Source of the DNA: Eledone cirrhosa
Taxonomy: Eukaryota
Length of the DNA: 64,000 bases
Direction: 5' to 3'
NCBI GenBank assembly: GCA_964016885.1
Contig: OZ024743.1
Coordinates: 157,790,001-157,854,000, forward strand
The position numbers and the translations under genes were made by a program. Positions 41,355 through 52,345 of this stretch are shown here, piece by piece; within the stretch, counting starts at the first letter, position 1; every line of letters begins with the position of its first letter. Below the pieces are notes generated by a model, which saw only the letters and a list, made by a program, of their open reading frames with translations, was not told the DNA's origin and did no database searches.

Positions 41355-41734
41355 TGTGTGTGTACGAGCATACACATACACACACACATATATATACACA
41401 TACATACATTCACACAAACATACAACGTACGTACATACACATACATGAATGCACTCCACTACATATTCACACACGCAAATAAATATAAGAAAAAAATATA
41501 TAAATATATATTAACAAATTTTTGACAGCGATACATGCCCCAGCTAACAGGACAGACACGCGTGGTAAGTAATACACACAAAAGCACATATACATACGTA
41601 CGAAATAGTAAACACATACACACACTCTCACACATAAATATACATATACAAATACATAAACACGTACATACACATACATACACAAACACGTACACGTATA
41701 TAATATAAACACACACATGTATATGTAATTATAT

Positions 41735-41813
<79 letters not shown>

Positions 41814-42046
41814 CAAAAATTATAAAAATATAAACGCACACACACATATAAATACGTAAACACACATATACATACATAGCTAAACAATTATACACATGCA
41901 AATACGTATATATCAAAAGCACGCACAACCAAATACAAACACACACACACACACACACACACCCACACATACATAAAAATGAATAAACACACACGCACAC
42001 ATATACATACATACATACACATACATATACACATACATACATATAC

Positions 42047-42079
<33 letters not shown>

Positions 42080-42272
42080 TATATATATACATATACATAT
42101 ATATATATATATATACACACACACATACACGTACACATACACACATGCATACACATACACAGACACATATACATGTGTGTATGTGTAAAGCTTAGTATTA
42201 GATAAGACAAATGAACCTTACATAAACGTATATATAGTAGTAAAGTAATAAAGCCATACAAGGCAATTAATC

Positions 42273-42326
42273 CATTCACCAGAGGTTTCTTAAAAGCAAA
42301 AAAAGTTTCCTTCAATCTTCAGAATG
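42273..42326 (-). ncRNA. Hammerhead, direct-repeat partner of 40881-40934, GUG triplet
   Basis: Minus: catt-CTGAAGA-ttgaagg..cttttaa-GAAA-cc tct gg-TG-aatg. Confidence 0.7.
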
Positions 42327-42405
42327 AAAAAGGGCCTGGTTTATCCACATATACATACATATACACACACAAAAATATACAATTATATACACACATACAC
42401 ACACG

Positions 42406-42505
<100 letters not shown>

Positions 42506-42511
42506 AACATA

Positions 42512-42543
<32 letters not shown>

Positions 42544-42733
42544 CACACAAAAATACATACCCATACACATAGGTATGTAAAGGGCAAAACAAAAAGAATA
42601 TATGGGGGGGGGCTAAGAGGAGGTAAAAATATAAGGGGAGGTAAGGGAGAAAAAAATTTTAAATATACAAGAGTACAGAAGGTAGAATCAGCAAAATAAA
42701 AACCGTAGCAAAAGTAAAGAGCAGAGAAGGAGT

Positions 42734-43078
42734 TCAAGGCGGTTGATTTATCGTAGGAGTGTCGATCCAGTTACAGATCAGATGCGATTTCAGATGAGGA
42801 CAGCATCTGAAGATCTCAGTCTTTGAGTTAAGGCAAGCGGAAGTGGCTCTCAAGTTTAGCAAAATCCTATACTTTTCTGTGGTACACAAAGAACAATTCT
42901 TTGTGCCCCTTTGGTACTCCCTCGAATGGTCTAATATAGACCAATCAATAGAGTACGGGATATTACTATCCTTGAGATCCCATACCTTACTTGCGAGGGC
43001 CGTTGATGTTCGTTTATCTGAGTGTTTAAAAGAAGCGACATGTGAGTAAAATCTGGTTTTAAACCTGTCCTGGGTCAT

Positions 43079-43087
<9 letters not shown>
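42734..43087 (-). pseudogene. C-terminal GIY-YIG fragment of nested Penelope-like element
   Basis: YIGMTQDRFKTRFYSH..F..TALAS.VWDLK..CSLCTTEK..LNSKTEIFRCCPH. Confidence 0.85.
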
Positions 43088-43135
<48 letters not shown>

Positions 43136-44329
43136 TTAGTACAAACACAGACTAACACTTATTAAGTATTTAAATATATATGTATATGTTGTTTACAGTA
43201 TAATATAATAAAGATAAAAATAAGAATAAAGATAAAAATAAAAATAAAATATAATATATAATTCGCTGTCAGTGTGCATAAACAATATAGAAACATTATA
43301 ATAACACTATAATAACAATATTATAATATATTGGCATCAAAAGATATACAAAATTACATCATATATATAATTAATTCAAGGTTAACAAATAGTATAAAGT
43401 TTTACACAGGGTAAGAAAAAATCATATAGAACTAAATAGTGTTGAAAAATTGAGTTGAAAAAAATATCCATACCATTGTAACAAATACACTAAGGTCAAG
43501 TCATTTTACATTGGCATAAATATTACCAAAATATCACAAAATATTACTAAATATATTTACGTGGTTGACATACAGACATATATTAATGAAATTACATGGT
43601 CAGACAAACAGCGTGTGGTAGTAAAAAATAAATAAAATAAACCTAAGATCGAAAAAAACAAAATCAAGTATATTTACTTGTGTCACAAGCGGTTAAGTAA
43701 AAGAAGAGATAGAAATGTAAGCGGCGAATTGACTAGAAAACCTTTTTAAATTAATTAATATTAAAAGTATTTAAAATACATATTTAGTCACTTCAAAATT
43801 GGCTATATTTTAAGTCATCAGAAACGTATAAGTTTGAGATATTTCAATAAACTTATCAATAATAGAGTAAAATATGCTCAGTTCAGTCGAATGACGTTAT
43901 CAAAAAAAGACTCTAAATAGAACTATGGTAGACCAATGGGAACAGAAAGAAGAGAGGTTATGGAGGATAGGAAGGAGCATAAAAGTAAAATCAATATATT
44001 ATATAATATCATAAAAGGAGCATAAAGGTGAAATTTATATATAGTATAATAGAAGGGGCGGATATTAAGTGTGTAGAGGAGGAGGTACACTAGTTGAATG
44101 AGACTCCAACCCAAAGTATTTAGTAAGATATAAACCCATAAGGTTTTAGTAGTGAAACTATAATAATGCTTAAGACAATAGATAGGGTATGGTAGCCAAA
44201 AGACTATGGAAACTAAAATCGAAAAGTTGTAAAAAAACTAATAATAATAAAGATGATGGTAATCAAAATGAACCTAAAAAAAAAAGATAAGGAAAAAATA
44301 GCAGCCAATGGATACGATTTAAACTGCCA

Positions 44330-45480
44330 GAACTTTTAGGTCTATAATAGAAGAAAGAATTAGAAATGGCATGGGGGGCAGGAAGAAAATATCTCAGACT
44401 TTCTATTAAGCAAAACTTCCCTAGAGAAAATTATAGAGTGGGTCTCTAGGATACAGAGATTACAGAATTTAGTGTGTGTTGATAGGTTATTATACGCCAA
44501 TTAAGGCTATATGGCATGCCTGCCCCTTTAAGATCCCAGATATGGTGTGCTAAAGAAGTAGAGTTCTTAAACTTAACATGCTTAAAATTAGAGATATGAG
44601 AATTAAATCTAGTTTTAAAAGTATTAGATGTGGAGCCTATATATGTGCTATTAGAAGAATCAGTCTTAACTTCACAAGCATAAACAATGTTCCTAAAGAG
44701 GCAGTGACCATTTAAAGGGCAGTTAATACTTACTCTACAGTTACACTTCCTGGTGCTATTTACCGGCTGAATAAGTGATGCATCACTTCTAGGGTTATTA
44801 TAAGATAAGGTCTGCTCAGGTGGTAAGGCATTAATGGATCTATCAAGACAAGTAGTACGCAAAGAGGAGTAGCTGTCCCTAATTTTGTTATTGTTAGTGC
44901 TAGCTAAATAAGAACTAATATTAGGGGTGGTAGAGAAGGATAGTTTAATTACATTTTTATTAAAAATACCATGGTATTTATTAGTAGGAGGGAAATTTTT
45001 CTCTAAGATAGAAAAGAAAGACCTAGGGATGTTAGTTAACACCTCATGATCATAAGGCGGGTTAAAATAAGTATTGAGTCTCCTCCTATTTCTATCCTTA
45101 CGAACTCTACCGTTATCCAGTATCCCACTAATAGGATCAGGGTTACTACGAGGACTAGTTGAAACAACATTATTAGGAGCAGCCAAAACACTATTGAGTC
45201 TCCTTCTGTTTCTACCTTTAGTATATCTACTGTTATCTGGAATCATATCAATAGGATCAGGGTTACTACCAGGATCAGTTGAAACAACCCTATTAGAATT
45301 AGTAAAAACATTCCCACTGGGTGAGCGATCAGAGTGCCTAACTTGTTCCCTAGAACTAATCCCGAAAAGTGTACCATTAGACTCACTACTACGATTACGG
45401 TAGCTTAACCTATGGATGGGTTCGGATACACCTATGGGATTTCTACGATTCTTATGCTTTCTATTCCCATTCATGGCCAC
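44330..45480 (-). pseudogene. Penelope-like thumb/linker/GIY-YIG ORF fragment
   Basis: FNPPY..TNI..FP..IFNKN.IKLSFS, CNCR..CPLNGHCL..IVY..YIGSTSNTFKTRFNSH; 120-bp internal tandem at 45072/45192. Confidence 0.88.
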
Positions 45481-46048
45481 ATTATGGGAAATTACGTTAT
45501 TATTAAATATACTTGTTTTTGTTTTTTTCGATCTTAGGTTTATTTTATTTATTTTTTACTACCACACGCTGTTTGTCTGACCATGTAATTTCATTAATAT
45601 ATGTCTGTATGTCAACCACGTAAATATATTTTGTAATATTTTGTGATATTTTGGTAATATTTATGCCAATGTAAAATGACTTGACCTTAGTGTATTTGTT
45701 ACAATGGTATGGATATTTTTTCAACTCAATTTTTCAACACTATTTAGTTCTATATGATTTTTTCTTACCCTGTGTAAAACTTTATACTATTTGTTAACCT
45801 TGAATTAATTATATATATGATGTAATTTTGTATATCTTTTGATGCCAATATATTATAATATTGTTATTATAGTGTTATTATAATGTTTCTATATTGTTTA
45901 TGCACACTGACAGCGAATTATATATTATATTTTATTTTTATTTTTATCTTTATTCTTATTTTTATCTTTATTATATTATACTGTAAACAATATATACATA
46001 TATATTTAAATACTTAATAAGTGTTAGTCTGTGTTTGTACTAATGTAC

Positions 46049-46101
<53 letters not shown>

Positions 46102-46390
46102 TTAAGCTTTTTATTATCACCATCTATTATACTATATTATATTCTATATCGTACTGTAATTCTCGCATTGTATTGCCATTTGTGTTTCAAGATTTTGCAT
46201 TATATAATATTTACAATGTGGGTTCAACATGTTAATCACTTCCTTGCTATTTGGTCTATATCTATGTTTGTAACTGCTCGCTCTTAATCTTAGCCTACTT
46301 TTCCTTGATATCCTTCCTAGGCTTTAATAGATGTATACTCCATATTCTTCTGAGTTTTTGGCTTGTATTAGCCGATAGTGCTTCTTGTAG

Positions 46391-46444
46391 CTTTACTTGC
46401 CCTGATGAGTCCTTAATAGGACGAAACATTGTTGGCTAATAAAG
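46391..46444 (+). ncRNA. Type-I hammerhead ribozyme (intact)
   Basis: ctttacttgcc-CTGATGA-gtcct taat aggac-GAAA-c att g-TT-ggctaataaag. Confidence 0.88.
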
Positions 46445-46598
46445 ACTTTTGATGTATTGAAGGCTTCTTTGGTTTATTTTTTATAATATTTTTTTATAAT
46501 TCTTCAGCTCTGTTTAATTACATTGAGCTACATCTTATACTGTCATTTCTATAATATGAAGAGTGTGTTTAACTCCAACACACTCTAGTATTTCAATT

Positions 46599-46706
<108 letters not shown>

Positions 46707-46778
46707 AAGAAAAAAAGATGAAATCGAAAATGCAACTGGAGTCTTATTTTTTTTTAAATATCTATATTTATTTGGTTC

Positions 46779-46814
46779 CTTTACCGGTTTCGCAGTTCTT
46801 CTGCTTTTCAAAAG
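46779..46814 (-). ncRNA. Degenerate minimal hammerhead
   Basis: Minus: ctt-TTGAAAA-gcag aagaa ctgc-GAAA-ccgg-TA-aag; downstream tail runs into (AT)n. Confidence 0.55.
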
Positions 46815-46999
46815 TACAGTTGAGATGGATAGTCTGTGGTTTTTCTTACATCTGTAGGACACGTCGGTTATCTTTCATTTTGTAAAAAAAACGTCACTTT
46901 CTAATATATATATATATATATGTATATGCACACCACTAGTTCAGAAAGAATATAAGGGACGTCACGACAAAATTAGCAAGAATATATATATATATATAT

Positions 47000-47566
47000 C
47001 CATCGACGAGTTCTCTCCAGCGGTCTCTGTCCCTCTTTATCGCTGCCATGTCCTGCGTCTCCAACAGACCAGTGTCTGTCCTTAGGGCATCAACATACGT
47101 TAACCTTGGTCTTCCTCTTCTAGTGTGTCCATGTAGGGGCTCCCACAGGTTCACTGAGTGCAATGTCAACTCTGGATGTCGGTGAGCATGTCCAGCTAAC
47201 CTCAGTCTCCTCTGTGTCACTTTTGAGCTGACTTTTGGGATGCTCTCATACAGCTCTGAGTTGGTTGAGGGCTTCCTGTATTTGGGAGCAAAGATTGGGA
47301 ATACGGAAGATGATGTGGTTGAGAGGAAGAGCAAAGCCTAGGCGGCGTGCCACAGCTTGAGATCGGTGTGGAAGTCGGACCTTCGTAAAGACCTGAAAAT
47401 CCGCCTCGTCATTGCTGTAGTGGAGTCTGTGCTGCTGTACAGGTCTGAAACTTGGACACTGACCAAGAAACTCACTCAGATGGTGGATAGGTGCTACACG
47501 AGAATGCTGAGGATGGCTCTGAACATTAATCAGTATACACTGAGGATGAAAAACTCAGAACTGTAT
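47000..47566. mobile_element. RTE-clade LINE 3' fragment with inverted 5' half
   Basis: Plus 47264-47566 VEGFLYLG..ESVLLYRSETWTLT..YTRMLR..NSELY; minus 47262-47000 NSELY..RRLRLAGH..RGRPRLTY..DRDRWR. Confidence 0.88.
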
Positions 47567-47650
47567 ATATATATATATACATATATATACATATATATAC
47601 ATATATATATATATAGATAGATATAGATATAGATATAGATATATATAGAT

Positions 47651-47991
47651 ATATTAATAAAAGGAATTCCAACTTTGTCTGATTTACACGTTTTATTTAG
47701 AATCCTTTAAAATGTATAATGGTATTAGAATGAAATAGTATGGTAGAATATTAAATGTTAAGTGTTAATTGAACAAGTACTTTCATGCTTTCGCAATCTT
47801 CAGGTTCATATTCTGTGGTGACAGTCAAGTTTGCACACAGAATATGAACCTAAAGATTGCGAAAGCATGAAAGTACTTGTTCAATTAACACTTAACATTT
47901 AATATTCTACCATACTATTTCATTCTAATACCATTATACATTGTAAATAAAAGGAGTAAATCAGACAAACTTGGAATTCCATTTATTAATA
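47651..47991. repeat. Fold-back inverted repeat (~160-bp arms, 18-bp spacer) with a hammerhead in each arm
   Basis: 47651-47817 vs 47836-47991; tail to 48070 ends actat(AT)n. Confidence 0.9.
47770..47808 (-). ncRNA. Very small type-I hammerhead (intact core)
   Basis: Minus: tgaac-CTGAAGA-t tgc gaaa gca t-GAAA-gtac-TT-gttca; the plus twin at 47845-47883 has CTAAAGA. Confidence 0.8.
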
Positions 47992-48214
47992 TAATCTTCT
48001 ATACACAATCATCTATAAACCTTTGTTTGTACTGCATCTTTGTTTTCGTTCCCGTTCCAACTTTCACTATATATATATATATATATTCATTAGTTAAGCA
48101 AAACAAGACCACAAACTTCACAAGGAAGACATCATTAAAAGATTGTCAACATATTTTAGTTTGATGTAAGGAATGTAGAGAATAATAATAATAATATTAA
48201 TAATAATAATGTCC

Positions 48215-48335
48215 GTTTACAATTGTTTCGCTACTCCATATAATATTTCTGGATCAGATGACTATATATCATAATTGATCTGGTTCAATTGAAAATAATT
48301 AACATATTTAAAAAAACAGAGTGGCTCATCGGAAC
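48215..48335 (-). ncRNA. Hammerhead-like motif, CCGAUGA variant (homolog of 28477-28595)
   Basis: Minus: gtt-CCGATGA-gccactctg..tggagtagc-GAAA-caattg-TA-aac. Confidence 0.6.
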
Positions 48336-48374
48336 TCAAAGGAATATAAATTAAAATAATGTTACATAATATAA

Positions 48375-49050
48375 TGTCAACCTTCTTATGGTTGCAAATA
48401 AGATTCCTATTGTCCTCCTGTAACATTGCCTTTATGTTGTCAAACATTGCCTTCTGTTCAACTGTCATGTTTTCATTAATTTCATTGTCTTCCAGACCAT
48501 CTACATTTCTCTCACAGACAAACCATCTCTACCCCATTTCTGTGGGTTACCAGAAATCTCTTCACCCTTGTCCTCTGCTATAGTTTCCCTTTCCTCAATA
48601 CGACCTTCATCTACACCAATTCTTTCGCTACTGTTTCCTGATATTCGTCTTTTGATAGCTTCAAATACCACTTCTGTCAACCAGTGATCTTTTCTTATTG
48701 CTCTGGCTTGGCAACATGACCTCTGCTCTGTGAGTTAAAACAAGGCTCTTTCTCTACATTCTTTATGCATTCGTTGTCGTTATCCTTTGATAGGGATCTC
48801 ATTTTCATCTACAGGATTGCTCAAGAAGTAACACTCTATGACGACAACATTTACTTGTTTACTCCACCTCTGACGTAGTTGCCTGTAAATTGCTGACTAA
48901 TGACCTGGTGGAGCCAGACCAGGTACGATATCTTCACTATTGAGGGTTCAATTCCCGTTGATGCCAGTGTTCTCAATTTCTTTTTAACATAATCACTCAT
49001 ATGAGGTAGAAAAAAGTTATCGGTGTTTTTATCGTGACACCAACACTATT
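48375..49050 (-). mobile_element. 5' part of an R4/Dong LINE
   Basis: Minus ~48735-48645 TEQRSCCQARAIRKDHWLTEVVFEAIKRR resembles the R4/Dong N-terminal EQR..DQ motif. Confidence 0.6.
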
Positions 49051-49084
49051 GTTATTATTTAAATTAATATTATATTTGGAGAAG

Positions 49085-49545
49085 CCCTGATTAACTTCTT
49101 TAGGTTCCACTTGAGGAGGAAAATCAGAGTCAAGAGAGAAGGGCTGCCTTCACAGCAATTTGTTGAAAGGTGGGTGAGACAAGCGAGCATGGCCCAAGTG
49201 AATGGGCCCGCTCTGAGTGTAAGGTTGTAGATTGGATGAGTACAACTGGGACAGGGCACTTACCCTAAAGATCATGGCATTCGTGGTTTTATGGGGGTTA
49301 CCCACGAATGACCCTCGAACGTCTCCTCCCTATTCAGGAACATTCTTTGTTTTAATTTTATTGTTATCTTTTTTTCAGCATTGTTCAAATTTGCTTACAC
49401 GCAAAACCCACACACCGATACACGCACACACACACACACACACACCATACATACGCACACACACATACACACACTCCATTATTTCGCCCTGTACAGTCGT
49501 AATGTTTTTCTTGATGTAAACCCTTTATGGTTAATAAAGAAACCA
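49085..49545 (+). mobile_element. 3' fragment of a Tx1-clade LINE
   Basis: Homologous to 21700-22056 and 57750-58152 (atggccc.agtgaatgggcc; ccct.tgg..aataaa.gaaacc). Confidence 0.8.
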
Positions 49546-49549
49546 ATAT

Positions 49550-50323
49550 TATTATTGTTCTTTGAGTCTCAGTCATTGATGTTATTTAACTGGAAAGTGT
49601 GTTAAAATGAATATCAAGCCCTACCTGCAGCCTCAGACATTCAGGACGTATCGGAGGGTTCTTGCTGTTCCCAGCAAGCATGCCTTTTGAAGTGTTCCAA
49701 AAAATGGTGCTGGACTAATCTTCTTTAACCATCCTTGGCAACTCTTTGAGATAGTAACTAGTGCGCCTATGACAATCGGGACGACCTTGATTTCATGGCA
49801 GTTCCAAATCCGTTTTAACTCCCACTTTAAATCCTGATATCGATTAATTTTCTCCCTCTTCTTTTCTTGCATTCTCGTGTCAAATAGGCAGGCTACATCT
49901 ACAATCAGGTACCATCTTTTTTCCTTGTCCAAAACCACCAGGTCAGGCCTATTGTGTTCTAATTTCTTGTCCATCTGTATCCTAAAATCCCATAGCACCT
50001 TCACCTGATCGTTTTCTATCACGGACTCTGGCTTATGCTCATACCACTTCTCAGAATATGGTAAATTGTTTACTTTGCATAGATGCCAGTGGATCACCCT
50101 GCTATCACATCATGTCTCCAGCTTTTATAGTGAGTCTGGGCTAGGTGTTTACACTCGGATACAATGTGAGCCACAGTCTCCTCTCTCTCTCCACAGATCC
50201 TACACAGTGAGCTAACCTCCTCCTTGTCAATATAGTGTTCACCCACTTCGTTCTGGGGTCTTGCTTTTGCGCAGCCATTAGCATTCCTTCTGTAGCTTTT
50301 TTAAGGTCTCCTCTTTTTAACCA
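49550..50323 (-). mobile_element. 3' fragment of R4/Dong LINE (CCHC + restriction-like endonuclease)
   Basis: CRICGEREETVAHIVSEC, RHD, LWDF, NRPDLVV, DVA, IVIGAL, LQKACLLGTA; flanked by (TTA)n. Confidence 0.9.
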
Positions 50324-50334
50324 TTATTATTATC

Positions 50335-50517
50335 GGTGGAGAGTCGAATGCCATGCTTTCCAGCATAGTTACGAGCCTTTACGGTCTGAGTTCAAATCCC
50401 GCCGTGGTTAACTTTGCCTTTCATCCTTACGGGGTCGATAAAATAATGTACCAGTAATGTACTGGGTAATTGCTGGTCTTGTACCAAAAGCAGAAACAAT
50501 TATTATTATTATTATTG
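50335..50517 (+). mobile_element. SINE family A
   Basis: B box, core and (tta)n tail. Confidence 0.85.
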
Positions 50518-51030
50518 TCGATTTGTGAAAACGTGTTATCGTGAGCTCCGAAATGTTTGTTCATTTAAGTTGTTTTGAATTGCTAGTTGTTGATAATTTC
50601 ATATATAATGCTTGCTGAAAAAGAGACTCCATAATATTGGGACCTTGAGCCCAAATTTGAACTTTGTTTTGTCGAACAAATAATTTTTTTTTTTGTCAAA
50701 AATATGGACGGAATACGCCCCCCAAAATTAAGCCAGCTGTCACGTTACAGCGGCTCATAATCCCACCACCACTATTGTGAACCTTACTACAATTGCCAAC
50801 ACGAAATACGAATTCGCTAACAGCAGCTTCAGCAGCAATAGCAGTCACCAGAGTTTGTCTCTTGCAGCAGAGGTGGCTTTTTCACCTTTGCCAATGTCTA
50901 CCGGTGTGAAAGCCGCCATCCCCACCGTCACAAGTCCAGGAGGATGTCCAACACCACTGATACCACCACCACAGCAACAACTGAAACAAAAACATTAACT
51001 CGTGATGACAAAATAGATTCTTCCAGTTTA
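50518..51030 (+). mobile_element. 5' UTR/ORF1 start of Tx1-like LINE
   Basis: Starts at the SINE tail; similar to the minus-strand 5' fragment (ctttgccaatgtctacc vs ctctgccaatgtttacc). Confidence 0.55.
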
Positions 51031-52215
51031 TTTACAACATTCACCAATGTTGATACAGCCGTCCCCACAACCTTAATACTTTTTGCCTCAGGTGATGTGG
51101 GTTTTGTGTGTCCACACGCACACCAAGGCCCTTTGAATTTGAGAATCCGTGGCTCTCTCCACCCGATGTGGTCTTTTTTTTAGTGCGGTTGGTCCTTCCA
51201 AAAATTGGATGGAGGTTTCAGTGAGACTTGATTGGCTTTTCTCGCCCTTGCGATCGCCATCTCCTCCTCTGTGACTATCACTGTCTCTGAATTTCTGCCC
51301 CCCCCCCTCCCCTCCCGGCAAAAGAAATTGTCCCTTTTTCAGTGAATTGGCAGTATCGGTAGAGGGTCGGACGCCATGCTTTCCAGCATAGTTACGTCCC
51401 TTTATGGTCTGAGTTCAATTCCCGTCAAGGTTAACTTTCCTTTCATCCTTACGGGGTCGATAAAATAAAGTACCAGTAATATACTGGGTAATTGCTGGCC
51501 TTGTGGCAAAAGTAGAAACAACTATTGTTGCTGCCGCTACTGCTGCTACTGGTCTTGTTGGCGGTGATGTTGCTACTGCTACTACTGGTGTTATTGGTGT
51601 TGCTGCTGCTTCTACTGCTTCTACTGCATTTCTTGCTGTTGCTGTTATTGCTTTTAGAATTTTGGCTGTTCCATTCTAAGGACAGCCCGACATTCCGTTT
51701 AGTGGTGGTGGTGGTGGTATTGTTGTTATCATTTATGTTGTTGTTATCGATTCTGTTTTTAGTTTCCGTTGTTTCAGTGGTGAAAGGGGGGGGGTCTGTG
51801 GTGTTGGCCACGCCTACCGTCGTTGTGATGGGGGTGGAGGCATTCAGCGTGGTAAACATTGGCAGAGCTGGAAAGTCAGCTTTGTTTTCATGAAATAAAT
51901 TTTGGTCGCTGCTGCTGTTGCTGCCTCTGCTGTTATTGCTTTCATAATTTTGGCTGTTCCACTCTATGGACAGCCTGCCATTCTGTTTAGCGGACGCAAT
52001 ATTTTTGTCTGCCATCTTAATTTTGATAGAAAATTGAGGGGCGTATTTCAAAAAACAAACGCAGATTTGGCTCCTAAGGGCTTCAAGTAGAGCTAAATAA
52101 ATCACACAAGGATACTGGCTTACTTAGCTTCAAAACGATATCAAAATTTCAATGCAAATGGTTGAATAACAGTGAAAATAGAACAAACTTACAGGAGCTA
52201 AGCGAACCACGTCTT
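51030..52215 (-). mobile_element. 5' UTR/ORF1 fragment of Tx1-like LINE, interrupted by SINE A (51340-51525, +)
   Basis: MADKNIASA..Asn/Ser-rich; IQRALVCVWTHKTHIT.GKKY similar to IELVLSSTWKDIVFIQKGKLY of ORF1 at ~17.1 kb. Confidence 0.6.
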
Positions 52216-52227
52216 GAAAGAGTGAAC

Positions 52228-52345
52228 CATTGCCTTTCATCCTTACGGAGTCGATAAAATAAAGTACCACTAATGCACTGATAATTGCTGGCCTTGTGCC
52301 AACAAAAGTAGAAACGATTATTATTATTATTATTATTATTATTGG
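52228..52345 (+). mobile_element. SINE family A 3' half with (tta)n tail
   Basis: Core match. Confidence 0.8.
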
